DNA of 64,000 bases from Takakia lepidozioides (lineage: Eukaryota; Plantae; Bryophyta): positions 5,456,001-5,520,000 of the forward strand of contig CM060733.1 in the NCBI GenBank assembly GCA_030704615.1. Reading direction: 5' to 3'. Shown in pieces: positions 1 to 13,040 of this stretch. The notes under the pieces were generated by a model. That model saw nothing but the letters and a program-made list of their open reading frames with translations, made no database searches and was not told where the DNA came from. The position numbers were made by a program, and so were the translations under genes. The first letter of the stretch is position 1; each line of letters starts with the position of its first letter.

Positions 1-519
1 GGAGTTATCAACCCATATAGCAGATCCGTACTCCAAGGCAGGTCTAATAACGCGACAAAGCATGGTTTTCTTAACCTCAGAGGTGACCCCACAGAAGACA
101 CATAAGAGAGAGGGACAGAGACAGACCTCTAATGGTGTCAACGGGCATTTCCCATTCATCCTAATAGCTCCAGGGTTGATCATACGACCAGTTTTGCTGA
201 ACTTGCCCCTCCATGCACTCTCCCGCGCACCATCCAATTCAAGTTTCTCTTCCTTGCCACCCTCGTATACACAACATGAAAAGGCTACCATATCCTGCTA
301 CCATGGCCAATATTTAAGGGACTTCCTATTAAAATCTGACAAAAGTGACCTTCACCATGTGATGGTAATTTACCATTACCACAATGCCGAGTAAACTTTT
401 AACGCTTTTGAACCTACTATAGATAGCATCACTTCTAGCCTCTCATACAGTAAATGGGAACTCTTTAATGGGCCACTTTAAATGCAACTAAGGCCTATTC
501 TGCCCTGGTAAAATTCCTA

Positions 520-690
520 TTGCTCCTCCTTTGCATACAAAGTGCATGTCAGGCACATACCCGGCCTCCTTCATCCATCCAGAGAATCTCTGCAGCTCAG
601 CATATGATTCTCTAATCTGTGGATGTGATTTGTCTGCTACAATTCATCCATCCAGTTTCCAACCTCAATGCAGCTGTATCCTTCCTCCTT
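520..690 (-). pseudogene. Frameshifted E+/PG-box remnant of the PPR gene
   Basis: After GVRK-stop, shifted frames read KEEGYSCIEV...DKSHPQIRESYAELQRFSGWMKEAGYVPDMHFV, matching the E+ region and GYVPD start of DYW. No HSEKLA/CxxC seen further on. Confidence 0.8.
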
Positions 691-3412
691 ACTTTCTGAC
701 ACCTCTGTCCTGCATCATTTGTCTCACCTTCGCCGTATCGTCCCACCTGCCAGCTGCTGCGTAGATGTTTGATAACACCACATAAGTTGCAGCATCCAGT
801 GGATTCAGCTTGAGCAGGCATTTGGCTGCATGTTCTGCTAGCTCTACATTGCCATGAATCCGGCAAGCACCAAGCAAGGCACCCCACACTGAAGCATCTG
901 GATAGATTTGCATTTCGTTAATGAACTTTTCTGCCTCATCGAATCGTCCTGCACGGCCAAAAAGGCCCACAATGCAGCCAAAATGCTGCACTGATGGAGC
1001 GAGGCCATAGACTTGACCCATGGAATCAAAGTAGTGACGGCCTTCATCCACTAGACCTACATGGTTACATGCTGATAGAAGACAAGTAAAAGTGATACAG
1101 TCCGGTTTCAACCCCTCCTGTTGCATTTGCTCAAACAGTTGCACAGCCTCCCTACCACACCCATGCTGAGCATATGCTGCGATCATCACAGTCCATGAAA
1201 CCACATTTCTTTGAGCAATATTGTCGAACACTTGACGTGCATCCTTTATGCTCCCACATTTTGCATACATGTGGATGAGGGTATTGTCCAGATGTATGCA
1301 TGATACAATGCCAGCATTCGTGATTTGACTATGGACCTCTTTGCCCTTTTCCAAGGCTTCCATGCTGGCACACGCATTGACAACGCAAATGTATGTGACT
1401 TTGTTGGGTGTCACCCCTTCCCGTATCATTTGCTCATAAGTTTTAAAAGCCTCCATACCACACTTATGCTGAGCATATCCTGCAATCATTGCATTCCATG
1501 AGACCACATCCCGTTCAGTCATGTTGTCGAACACTAGACATGCATGCTTGAGGCTCCCGCATTTCGCATACATATTGAGAAGGGTTGTCTCCAAATTAAG
1601 ATATGATGCAATTCCAGCTTTGATGATGGTCATATGGACCTGTTTGCCTTTTTCTAGGCATCCCAGGTTTGCACATGCATCAATGACGCCAATGAATGTG
1701 GCCTCTGTGGGAGTCACTCCATCCCGTATCATTGTCTCGTACATTTTGAAAGCCTCCATACCAAAACCATTTTGAGTATATCCTGTGATCATTGCATTCC
1801 ATGAGACCACATCTCGTTGAGCCATATTATCAAACACTTGACGTGCATACTCCGTACTCCTGCATTTGGCATACATGCTAACAAGAGCATTATCCAAATC
1901 AACATATGGTGCAATTCCAGCTTTGATGATGTCAGCATGGACCTGTTTGCCCTTTTCCAGGTCTGCCAGGCTGGCACACGCATTGAGAACGCAAATGAAT
2001 AGAACATTGTTGGGCGCCACACCTTCCCGAATCATTTGCTCATAGGTCTTGAAGGCTTCCATACCACACCCTTGCTGAGCATATCCAGCAATCATTGCAC
2101 TCCAGGAGATTACATCTCGTTGAACCATATTGTCGAACACTCGTTGGGCATCCTCCATGTGCCCACACTTGGCATACATGTTGACAAGGGCGGTCTCGAC
2201 TATCATATCCGGTGTAGCTCTAGCTTTAATAATGTTATCATGGATCATTTTGCCCTTTTCCACGGCAGTCAAAATGGCACATGCATTCAAAATGCAACTA
2301 AAAGTGACCTTGGAGGGCATCACCCCTTCCCGTAGCATTTGCTCATACATATCCAAAGCCTCCCTACCACACCCTTGCTGAGTATATCCTGCAATGACCG
2401 TATTCCATGAGACTACGTTTCGTTCAGCCATATCATCAAACACTTGACGTGCCCCTTTCATATGCCCACATTTGGCATACATGTTAACAAGGGTATTTTC
2501 CAAAGTTATGAAAGACACAATTCCAGCTTTCATGATGTCAGCATGGACCTCTTTGCCCTTTTCCAGGTCTTGTAGGCTGGCACACGCATTGACAACCGAA
2601 ATGAATGTGACCTTGCTGGGCTTCACTGCTTCCCGTATCATTTGCTCATACAATTGGAGAGCCTCCTTACCCCATCCATGCTGAGCATATCCTGAGATCA
2701 TCACATTCCATGAGACCACATCTCGTTCATCCATATTGTCAAACACGCTACGTGCATTTCTTATGCTCCCACATTTAACATACATGGCAGCAAGGGAAGT
2801 GCCAAGAATGACATCTGACACGATTCCAGCCGTGACGATGCTAGCATGGACCTCCTTGCCCTTATCCAGGTCTCCTAAACTGGCACACGCCTTGACAACA
2901 GAAATGAACGTAACCTTGTTGGGTGTCATCCCTTCCTGCATCATTTGCTGATAGACCTCAAAGGCCTCCCTAACACATCCATACTTCACATATCCTGCCA
3001 TCATCGTAGTCCATGTAAACACATCACGTTTAGGGATTGTGTCAAACAAATGGCGTGCATCCACCACGCTTCCACACCTCACATACATGTTGACAAGGGT
3101 GTTAAGTACAAATAAGTTCGGCGTGTATTTACTTTGAATAATGTGGGTGTGCACCTGCTTTCCCCTTTCAAGGTCTCTAGTTTTGATACACTCCCGCAAG
3201 ACACAAACATAAGTATCCGAGTCTGGCCAAACGTCTTGTTTGTTCAGAATGTACAGCGCCTCTTTCAGCTCTCCTGCCTTACATAGTCTCCTCACATCCT
3301 CAAAAGTGCCAGAAAAGTTGTTGACAATCCGCTCCCTTGCTCCTCTTTCAAAAGGAGTGATCATGGCGGAAGTTCTTGACTCCAACAATCGCATCTGATT
3401 CAATCCTGCCAT
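689..3412 (-). CDS. PLS-class pentatricopeptide repeat protein with E domain (organellar RNA-editing factor type); DYW absent
   Basis: Intronless 907-aa ORF of regular P-L-S triplets (RDVVSWNAMIAGYAQHG / TFISVVNACASL / LVNMYAKCG) followed by E motifs (VQHFGCIVGLFGRAG...VWGALLGACRIHGN...YVVLSNIYAAAGRW). Confidence 0.95.
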   Translation of the reverse strand: MAGLNQMRLLESRTSAMITPFERGARERIVNNFSGTFEDVRRLCKAGELKEALYILNKQDVWPDSDTYVCVLRECIKTRDLERGKQVHTHIIQSKYTPNLFVLNTLVNMYVRCGSVVDARHLFDTIPKRDVFTWTTMMAGYVKYGCVREAFEVYQQMMQEGMTPNKVTFISVVKACASLGDLDKGKEVHASIVTAGIVSDVILGTSLAAMYVKCGSIRNARSVFDNMDERDVVSWNVMISGYAQHGWGKEALQLYEQMIREAVKPSKVTFISVVNACASLQDLEKGKEVHADIMKAGIVSFITLENTLVNMYAKCGHMKGARQVFDDMAERNVVSWNTVIAGYTQQGCGREALDMYEQMLREGVMPSKVTFSCILNACAILTAVEKGKMIHDNIIKARATPDMIVETALVNMYAKCGHMEDAQRVFDNMVQRDVISWSAMIAGYAQQGCGMEAFKTYEQMIREGVAPNNVLFICVLNACASLADLEKGKQVHADIIKAGIAPYVDLDNALVSMYAKCRSTEYARQVFDNMAQRDVVSWNAMITGYTQNGFGMEAFKMYETMIRDGVTPTEATFIGVIDACANLGCLEKGKQVHMTIIKAGIASYLNLETTLLNMYAKCGSLKHACLVFDNMTERDVVSWNAMIAGYAQHKCGMEAFKTYEQMIREGVTPNKVTYICVVNACASMEALEKGKEVHSQITNAGIVSCIHLDNTLIHMYAKCGSIKDARQVFDNIAQRNVVSWTVMIAAYAQHGCGREAVQLFEQMQQEGLKPDCITFTCLLSACNHVGLVDEGRHYFDSMGQVYGLAPSVQHFGCIVGLFGRAGRFDEAEKFINEMQIYPDASVWGALLGACRIHGNVELAEHAAKCLLKLNPLDAATYVVLSNIYAAAGRWDDTAKVRQMMQDRGVRK

Positions 3413-3645
3413 CCTGTCTGATTCAAGAACCTTAGTATAGAGTTTTCCAACTAGACTCCCAAAATATATCTCAAATCTCCTCAGGGCCTCAAGACAGATT
3501 TCTGATCAAGACAGGCTTGTTGCTGCTTGATTCCAACAATTGCATCTGATTCAACCCTGCAATCCTGCCTGATTCTAACTATAAGCTTTTCAAATATATC
3601 TCAAATCTCCTCAGAACCTCAAAACTCTCATCAAGACAGGCCACA
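3375..3645. repeat. Degenerate tandem duplication (~130-150 bp) spanning the PPR start
   Basis: tccaacaat(c/t)gcatctgattcaa at ~3381 and ~3532; aaatatatctcaaatctcctcag at ~3462 and ~3592. Confidence 0.7.
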
Positions 3646-6214
3646 TATTAGCAGGTCTAGTCCTGCAGATACATCGTTATTTTGCTGATGATTCAAGGCA
3701 TCCAACTCAAACAGATAGAATTGGTACTATTTATTCTCAATGTATGAGATGTCCTAAACGTCCTCAATCAAGATATCCTCACCTTATCAAACCTGATATT
3801 GCACCACTGTGAAAGATCTGAGAAGTACTCTTGCCAGAGCTGTTCTGTGATGGCTTGACCTGTGTAAGACTACAAGAACATGAGAATTTTGCCTCACTCA
3901 AACTTCAAGAAGATGCAGTCAGCTCCACATAAGAAGACACATCTGTGAGGAGGTGGTATTCAAACTCAGTTATCACTCCCACAACATTACATATATTGAA
4001 ACTTGAGGGCCAAGAAGCGATGGAGGAGGCACATGGAGTCATTGCAGATCTCCTTTCTAAAAAGATAGTTGAGGCTCAGAGCACCGAACCCTTGAAATAC
4101 TTCGGCTGAGTTACACATTGAAGTTTGAGGCCATATGGAGGATCATCATCCTCCTGGACAGGCTCAAATTGATGCCAGACAATTGGCTACCAACGAAAAC
4201 CTGGCCTACACAAACTCCTGGTTCAGCACACTGAGCAGTTTTCTACTTGGGCACGGACTTGGCAAGAAAATTGGCCACCGTTCGATGGCCCCAGGGGGTT
4301 GCATCGCAAAGCAGCAGGAATGGGCTAATCAGTCAGGATCTTTGCAAGATCCAGGTGCTACGTACATGGGGCCATGGTGCCTGCTCACTCCTACACTCTG
4401 GGTTTAAATGAAAATCTCCTAAACCATACGAACGACCACATTCCAATACCTTATTACTTGTCGGCCAGGAAGTTCATCAGAGTCAGTTACACAATCTCCA
4501 CATCAAAACATGCATTGGCTCAACATGCCATGAGCATAGGATGTGCCCAGCTTTTACCATGCAAGAAGTCAAAGATATAGCATGGACTACTCCTCGGACA
4601 CCCCCGTATTGGGAGAGAGGCCAGTACTCTCCTCTCCCTCTTTTTTTGAATAATAAACAAAAGGGGACAGAGGCCCCAAAATGAATTCAAAAGCGCAAGG
4701 AGAAATAAACCTTGCCAAACAACAGGGGCCAGAGCACTGCCCTGTAGCCAGCCCCCTAAAAACAGAAAAGATAGAGAAAAGAGGGACAAAGCCAAAGCCC
4801 CATCGCCCCAAGCCAACCACTGGGCCAGCAGGAGCGGAGAACCAAGGGATCCACGCACTCTCTCCTCTCTTTTATGACATTGCCCTGGCAGGAGCATTTA
4901 TTTCTCAAGACCACCTTCACAAGGTGCCAATCAGCTGCCTGATTTTCCAGTATTTTGTTGTGTTCTTCACCGTGGTTCCTTGCTATCTTTCTCTACCCTT
5001 TCATAAGCATGATGTGACTGGCAGTGCCATCACCAACACATTTCCCATCTGTGTCAGACTGGGACTGGAGAACGAGTGTTAGAATCAACAAAGTATTTTC
5101 TGGCATGATGTTTACCCACCCTTACACAAATACTCAATTCCCTGCGGTATCCACAACAAGGTCCAGGGGGTTACTATCCCAGAGGAACCATGTGTTCAAG
5201 GGTTTCTCCTTGCCAATATTCGTAGGAACTACCCGTGAGAACATCCTTCTCCGCCATTATCCATCCTTCACTGAGACAGGCATTGCGTTGAAGGAATCAC
5301 AACACTGCTGTCACATCCGGGTCACTAGCCCTATAATCTTAATCTGACAAAGAACCTGCTGGGCTGTCCTCCCCCTAAAGATGGTACGTCACACGGCCTA
5401 AGGGTCCAAGGAATCTATGGCAACGAGAACCTCTTTCTCTCTCTCTCCCCCTAGATATACCAGAAGATTCCAGGAGATACAAGAGAAGCTTTATGGAAGG
5501 AGGACAACGTTGTTGTTGACGATTACACTCACGTTTCTCTACATTCCCATTTATGCCCACAAAGTGAATCCCTAGCTGGGTCCTGGAGAATTTGGAGTCT
5601 GGAGCACTCCGCACAAAAGGCTACCAGAATGTACCTTTCTTGAGTCTCCCTGCAGGCTGAGGAGGCGTCACAACCATCACTTGCAAGGGTCTCGGACACG
5701 GCGTTGCCAAGGTGGACGCCGGGTTCAGCTCCACGGCCCGGTCCATTAATCTGCTGCACGATGTGAGGCCTCCCGCCCTTTCCCCCAAGAAGAGAGGGCC
5801 TTCGATAAGTCTTCCGATTGCGCGAACAGAAGAAAAAGAAAAGATGAAGAGGAAACGAGTAGCAACAAAACCGCAACACGAAAGAGATCGAAGGGGACTG
5901 CTACAGATTTCAAGCCATCGTGGCACTGGGGAACCTTCAAATCATGAAATGAAATCAACCCCAATTCTTTGGATGGGCAACTTTGCAAGGTCGAAAATGC
6001 CAAGAGTAGTGAATGAGTTGGCCAGCGTTGAGCCCTCGTCCTCAGGTGAGATTGAGTTTGCAGGTGATCGTTTGCCCATGTGTGACGGCCCGAAAGATTT
6101 CCCAACTATCGTTGATTCCCCCCTGCATTTCTTGGTTTCAAAGTATCAAGTGTCCCCTGAAAAGCTAACCTCAGCCCATGTCCATGTCAGCTCCACATCC
6201 GTCCAACATCAAAA

Positions 6215-6327
6215 ACTTATCTGGAATAGTTTCAGCTTGCAGAGGAGGAAATCATGCTGCCCCAAACTCTGGTTCTGCAAGAGCTACATAGCAGCGTGAA
6301 TTAGCCTACTTCACCCTTCACCACTGG
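6215..6327. repeat. Dispersed ~115-bp duplicate, second copy at ~12005-12116
   Basis: atctggaa...ccaaactctggttc...aagagctacatag...gtgaattagcctacttcacccttca present at both loci. Confidence 0.75.
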
Positions 6328-7169
6328 CCTCCTCAGCACAAAGTCTTAATGGACCTCTTTCATAGCACAGAGAGGGTCCCTGGAAAGATGTCTTAGTTTG
6401 CAAGCAGTGTTGCTAGTAAATTGCAAAACTAATCTAACTTAGTGTGCTTCTAAACCAAAGGAGTTTGTCAAAAAACCTAGGTCAGTGAACAAACTAAGAC
6501 GTAACTCTCTGAAGATCACAAAGTTTTGTGATAAAAGAGAGAAGCTATACATGATAAGAGGACGGAGAATTTTTTGATGTCTGCTTGAAGCCCAGGGGCA
6601 CCTTGGACAAAGCAGCACAACACTATAAAAGAGAAAGACGCAATCAGATTCCAACTGTTGCAAGAAGGTGGAGTGGACCTCATCTACAGAGACCAAATTA
6701 GGGTTTCTGTTCTCTAAGCCGTTCCCTCCTCGTCTTTTCCTTGTGATCTGGGCCGGGCAGGGAATCACATAACCAGCTCAGAGAGAATATCAGGATTTCG
6801 GAAGAGAAGATCGAGAGAGTGGAAAGTTGACATTGCGAAGGTGGAAGGTGAGATCGCGAGGGTGGAAGGTGAGATCTCGAGGGTGGAATCCGAGATCAGA
6901 AGCTGTTCCGATTCTAAAGAGAAGGAGAGACTTCAAACGTATGAAGACCGACTGTGGGAGGAGGAAAAGGGTTGCGGGAGGAGAAAAAGGGCTCCGGGAT
7001 GAGAGAGGGCAGCTTCAAGTGTTTCAACTGAAAGAGAGATCCAAACTTTCCGATAGAGGTGATTTGTCTCCTTCACGTAGAGCTTTGCTCTTGGATAGTT
7101 GCCTTGTTCTTGCAGCTTGATGATCTTGAAATTGTTTTCGTTTTTGGCAGAAGCAGCTGTGGAAGAGAG

Positions 7170-7640
7170 TGCAAGCGGCAAACGGAGACGACAAAGTCAC
7201 GAGTCGTATGTGCAAGAAAGTAGTTTTGAGAAGAAAGTGAGTGAGTATGTGGTGAAATATCTGGGTATTGAACCAGAAGTACATGATTCACCAGAAGGGA
7301 GTCTTTCACCGGGACATTAAGCCCAGCAACATCCTTATCTTTGTAGAAGATGGCCAGAATGTGTTGAAGATCAATGATTATGACCTCTCTTGTGAGAAGT
7401 CCGATAGTGTTGCCTTAGAGCAAAATGTTGGTCTCTATGAATCACCCTCTTCCACCCTGCAAGGAGGAGGATGATATTCTTTCCTTGGGATTGACATTTT
7501 TAGGAGTCTTGGGCATTACACACCAAAAGAAGGAAGGCAGACGTAGTCTTTTGAAAGTTGCTGTCGATTCTGAAAGAAAGTACCCGTGTTCTATGCGAAG
7601 GAGTATCTCAGAAGCCCTGTGTATAGACTGCTTTTGTGAT
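7170..7640 (+). pseudogene. Degenerate Ser/Thr protein kinase fragment
   Basis: IHQKGVFHRDIKPSNILI...VLKINDYDL (subdomains VIb-VII, DFG degenerate), then DILSLGLTF; frameshifted. Confidence 0.7.
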
Positions 7641-7994
7641 CAGCTGTGTCCATTGCCATCCTTGAAATGCATAGGTAATGTTTACCTTTGTCCAGGTGTA
7701 AAAAATTTGCCTATGAATGAAATTTTGGGAACTTCGGATTGTTCTTCTTTCAAATAAAGGGTTGTGCCTTCAGAGGTAGTATGAGGTAGAATTGATTTTT
7801 ATATTTACATACCACTCCCTCGAAGATGGGATGTGTGCAGGAGGGCATTGCTGGATGGTAAATTTCCTATCCAATTCTTTCCTGCCCTTCCTGTTGTCGT
7901 TCAACCTTTTTCCTTCTACCTTCACATTTTATATAGCAAGATAGTGAAAGAGATCCAGAGAAGCACCTTACAATTTGTGCTTATCCTTCCTTGA

Positions 7995-8400
7995 AAAGGT
8001 GGTGCCACAGAAACACTGCCCCTTTGTGCCATCCACAATTCTTTTCATAGGTCTTCAAATCAGAATTTATTGGCGTTGCACTTGGTGCAAGTAAAAGCTT
8101 AGGGCAATGACTGGCAGTAGTAGTTTTTTTACATACAAGATTGTTTTCAGTGGCTGAAACTTGGGGGGCTTTATATTTCGCTTACAACCCATATAGGGAC
8201 AGGAAGACCGTCGAGGCCAAAGACAGGGGGTTCTGAGAGGGAGCTAGAGCAGGTGGGGTCTTATACTCGTCACCATGCCCACGCATATGCATTCTCCGGT
8301 TTGAAACCTTCCCACAAATCTGGCACAAGTGGGTGTGCTGTGCTCCGCCAAGATTTCCTTGGAATCCATTTTCACCAAAATCCAAGGAGCCCCCTCTGCA
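7995..8400 (-). pseudogene. STOP1-like C2H2 zinc-finger pseudogene
   Basis: Across frameshifts: EILAE(P)[10 protein letters not shown]...[13 protein letters not shown]...[10 protein letters not shown]...FQPLKTILYVKNY...FTCTKC, the STOP1 family signature. Confidence 0.8.
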
Positions 8401-8658
8401 TCGTCATCTTTGTCACGTGAGATGACCGCTAATACCTCTTGTTGCGATAGCACTAGGTGGCCCACCATCCCCAGGCGAATTGGATACCGCACTAGTCAAG
8501 CATCTCCCCCCCCACTACTCCCAACTCCAAATCCGTTGCCAGGAGGGTTTATAGAATTTGGATGTGAATGTTCCATTAAGCAGCTCGCTTTTGGTTGAAT
8601 ATAGGTGTGTTTTTGTGGGTGGCGGCAGGTTTGGACAACAAATCAACATGCAAGCAAA

Positions 8659-10229
8659 TCAGCGGGGGAGCAATGAGTTGAGATTAGCAATGGAGTAAGC
8701 CCAGACCGCGAGCGCAGCTGCGCGGTGTTGCAGTTGCTGAGGGGACAGCTTGTCCACTGTGTCCGCCGCTGTGTGGTGGTACCTGCACACCCACAAAATG
8801 ATCTCAGTCTGGTGCTTATTATGTTCTTCGATGTTTTGAGGAAAAATTCAATCTGCAGGATGGTCATTGTACAATTGTTGGAAGGGAAAGTTGGGCAGTA
8901 CCAGAGGTAGGCACTCCTGCCAGGATCAAATTCAGGATAGGGCTGATGGCTGAAGCCTCTGCAGGGATTGTTAGGCTGGTCTCCAATTCTTGGGTCCAAT
9001 GTGTTAAGATTCCCTCCAGGGACTCCTTGTTCACACATATAGGAGATGTCTTCACCAACACCAGCTCCAGAGATATTGCCAGCACCAATGCCTGCCAGCA
9101 ATTCGTCCCCCATGGACTTGAGGATGGCTCGGGCTGCCTTGGAGCCTTGGAAGGAGATGCCCATTGGAGTGAATGTGCCTTCGTCCGACTCTATCGCAAC
9201 ACTGGTTGCGTTGAGCTCGTGCTGGTGATCTCGAGCATACTGTATCCCCCCTCGACTGCCATTCTCCTCATTCACAAACAACACCGCCCGCACTGTCCGC
9301 TTCGGCTTTAGACCCAGCGTGTGCAAGAGGCGCACTGCCTCCCATGAGACAAAAGCACCACCCCCATCATCCATCGCACCGTCTGCAATGTCCCAGCTAT
9401 CCATTTGGCCGCCGACGATCACAAACTCCTTGGGCTCCTCGCTCCCTTCAATCTCCACTAACAAGTTACGGGATTGCTGATCTGGCACCACGTGCGCCTC
9501 CATGTAGAGCTCAATAACAACGTCCTGACCGCGGGTCTGCATTCGAGAGAACATGAGCGCATCTTCCAGCGTTATGGCCGCTGCCGGTATGTCAGAGTCT
9601 CCCATTGCTCCCGTGTGCACGGTCTGCATCCCATAAGGAGCGATGGAGCGCACGAGGGCAGCCACAGCACCATGCTTCTGTGCTCGAGCACCCGCAGAAT
9701 ATCGATTGTCCACTGTTGCAGAATACGACTCAAATTTGGCATTGAATACCACAATCTTTCCTTTTGCCTCCCCACTGTGTTTCTCCAGATCATCAAACGA
9801 AGAAACCACCAGCACTTTCGCGATGATGGGCTTGCCCTCCGGAGTGGCCACACTGCCCCCAAGGCCGGCCATGCGTAAGCTTTTGACGCGGGGAGACAGG
9901 AGTGTAGCATACTCATGGCCCCGCACCCATGACGGAATTTTCACGGCTTCTTCCCGCACTATGAGCCCATCCTTCTCAGCCTCCTCCTTCACCCAATCCA
10001 GGGCCCTCTCCAGTGCAGTGTCGGTCAAGAAGGCCAAGCGTTGGTATACTATGGTCGTGGAGAAGGCAGTGTTGATGATCAGGTCAGCATCCTCCTTTGC
10101 CTTACTAGACTCCACACCCACCCATCCCGGGCCTGGCATTTCCAATCCAGAGCTGCATGACCCCACCAGGAATCGCAAGCAGAGCAACAGAACGGCCACC
10201 ACCAAATCTCTCATCATTTGCAAACCCAT
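8659..10229 (-). CDS. Carboxypeptidase Q / plasma glutamate carboxypeptidase-like (M28 with PA domain), secreted; 2 exons (intron 8783-8901)
   Basis: Signal peptide; motifs WVRG, KGKIVV, GAVAALVRS, DSWD, GAMDDGGG, NEENG, ESDEG. Removing a GT..AG intron (8901-8783) restores YLWYHHTAADTVDKL...AVWAYSIANLNSLLPR-stop, the CPQ C-terminus. Confidence 0.88.
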
Positions 10230-12120
10230 TCAAACCACAATGCAAAATCCTGGTTGAGACAAGCTTTCGGGAATCCAAGCTCATCACCCCCTTCAATCTC
10301 AGCACCCAAGGTCATTGCAGGGACCCACTTGATCCAGGCTGTGGGGATCAGCCTCAACTTTTTGCGCTCCCTTCCTTCCACGATCAACAAGCAGCCCATA
10401 AACAAGAACTACTTACCCAGTTATAAGGTCCCTTATTTTGGGATGACTGAGAAGTTTGAATAGTTTAGTTTAGCTTGTTTCCCTTTCCTCCCTTCTTTGT
10501 CATTTCGCAGGTTTTGGGGTTTTTCTATCATATGTTCAAATACCTCATGTTTCCTGTAAATAAAGCTGTACAGGTTTTCATCATCTTAAGGTCCCTTAAT
10601 TGACATTTCTATTAAATAGTAGATGGTCCTGCGGGCAGAGAGGCTCTCTCTACAAGTATAAACAGTGTAAAGTATCCGTATTAGCAATAAATGTTAAGAA
10701 AATTTTACTCCCCTAGTTGTGCACACTAGCAAATGTTAAGTGTTATTTGTTAACAATTGTTTACTCCCCTCTTTGTTAATTTGCCCTCAATAAATTTTAA
10801 GTGCACCATAAAGGCTTCAACTAAAAGGAGATATGCTCCATAATTATAAATTCCAAACTAGATTAGATTATGATAAGATTACATCCCAATCAAAAGACTA
10901 GAAAGTAGGCGGGAGGTAATACTAAAGTGATCAGGTCATAAGCGAATACCTTGATACAAGGAGTGTATGTTTGTATGTTCCACATTTCGACACTTAACAT
11001 GGAGGTTGTTTTTGAGAGACCAGACCACATAAGCTTATGTGGTATTTGCATTTGTGTTAGATGTTTTGCAAGTAGATGGTAGCATTCAAAGATGCCACAA
11101 AATGGCCATAGCTGCAATTTCTCAATGTTTGGAACAAAGGCCTTATGACGTTATGAAACTATTTTAGCCATGAAACACCTAGAGAAAGAAGTCCATGATA
11201 TGCATATTAGATATACTCATCAGACCACAATTGTTTCATATTTCCTACCCATAACTGAATGACTCCATATAATTACACTTTGTTTCATTTCATAAAACTT
11301 ATATTTGTTAAATGTTACCTTCCGTAAATGCTAATGTGTAACAATTAGCAACTTCATAACTATTTTAAATGTGTTAACCTTGTCTAAATGTTATTTTTTT
11401 CCTACTCCCGACTGTTAACATTTATCCAGGGCAGACTGTATCTGTCATTCCCGAAGAGACTACTTGAGAGACTATTGTACTCCACGAAATGAGGGCCCAA
11501 TGGAGAAGAGGGTGTTGAGTTCCTATGAGATCTTAGCGCACAGAATAAGTCATAGCTTAGGTTCACATGCCCCGTCTATTTGTTTGCCACTTGCTTAACT
11601 GGTTGTCAATCTTGAACTATGCCAATTACTGTCTCTCTGTCATGTGAACTTGGTGGCACATTGGTTTTGCGACAAGCCAGAGCCACGCTTAATCTAACAA
11701 GGGGGCTAAGGGAACGTAATGGTAGAATAGTCACACCATGGGGATGGATTGTATTGAATCATCACTAATACAGAGCTTGGTGGAGCAATCTTTCTTATAA
11801 TACTACAAAAGAGCTCTGACTTTGATGAAGATAGAATGACGATTTACTTCCATGGTACTTACGACCGAGCTTAGCCAATCAATGGTCAATAGGATTTGGA
11901 ACTCTCACATGCATCGAACAGCAAGATGCTTGCAGAATGTGCCTCAAGTGGTGCAAATTAGCATTTTTATTTACTGACAAAGCAGGCTGGTGGATATGAC
12001 AATTTTATCTGGAACAGTTCCAACTTGCAGAGAAGGAATGCTGCTCCAAACTCTGGTTCGGTAAGAGCTACATAGTACTTTAGTGTGAATTAGCCTACTT
12101 CACCCTTCATCACTGGACAC

Positions 12121-13040
12121 TGGTAACTGATCCCGGGTGATTCTGAACCAAAAGAGAACTTATTAGAAGTCAACACAAAATCGAGGGCAAAATGTCCATA
12201 GTTTGTCAATCAACCCCAAAAAAACTCAGGTCAATAAGGACCCAAGGTTTGTGTCAGGTGTAAAGATTATAAGATGATGGTCTAGGAATTCACCCCTAAG
12301 CACCCAGTGCCTTCCTTTGATTTTTTGAAAAATCGAAACCTCTCGTCGGAAAAATCGTTGGCATTTTATGAAAAAATTTAATTTGGAAGGTTCTAAAAGA
12401 CAAGATCTCTTACAGGTCGGAGTCCGGTTCTGAAGAAGAGACTTTAGATGCCAATTCCCCCAGAGGAAATCCAAGCATGGGACAAAGCACCCCAACATGA
12501 GCGCATGGACATTATTATAATGTCGAGTTGGGGTACACATTTGGGGTTGGGATATAGAGAAAACTTATAGGAGGCGGTGTTACGGCCCTGTAAGAGTTCC
12601 CCAACATGATCACATGGACATTAATTTGTCGAGTTGGGGTACACGGTTGGGGTTGGACCGGAGTCAATGGTCAACTAGTTTTTGAAATTCAAAATTCAAA
12701 TTTAAATTTAAATTCAAATTTTCCCACCTAAATTCAAATGTACCCCCTACTGTGACGTCTGGGGGTCGCATTTACGACCCCCGGACGTCGTTAATGCGAC
12801 GTCGCAAATTTTATTTTATTTTATTTTTATTTTATTTTTTGCGATGCCTGGACGTCGCAAGTCGCGCCGGCGCCGCGGCCGGGGGGTCCTGGGGGGTTTG
12901 CAATTCCCCGACGTCGCAAAATGCCCTCGGTGCGCCTCGGGCCTCGTAGGGTATTTCCGTCGCTAATCGCGGCGGTTGGAGGTCTATGGGGCATCGCTAA
13001 ACCCCCCCAAAGTAGTGACCAAGTTACCGGGAGTTTACCA
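12121..13040. mobile_element. Putative non-autonomous DNA transposon-like segment
   Basis: Imperfect inverted ends (tggtaactgatcccgg / ccgggagtttacca), internal 50-bp direct repeat (12490, 12598), GC-rich tract with repeated GACGTC and hairpins. It begins where the 6215-type duplicate breaks off. No TSD verified. Confidence 0.3.

Noticed and set aside
689-691. PPR stop codon removed by U-to-C editing
   Set aside because: Such editing is organellar, and the downstream homology is in a different frame.
5712-6299. 195-aa ORF and other short ORFs at 3.7-7 kb
   Set aside because: No recognisable motifs; probably spurious or highly decayed fragments.
10660-11440. MITE/mariner-like element in AT-rich tract with TGTTAA motifs
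   Set aside because: Only partial inverted-end similarity and no convincing TSD.
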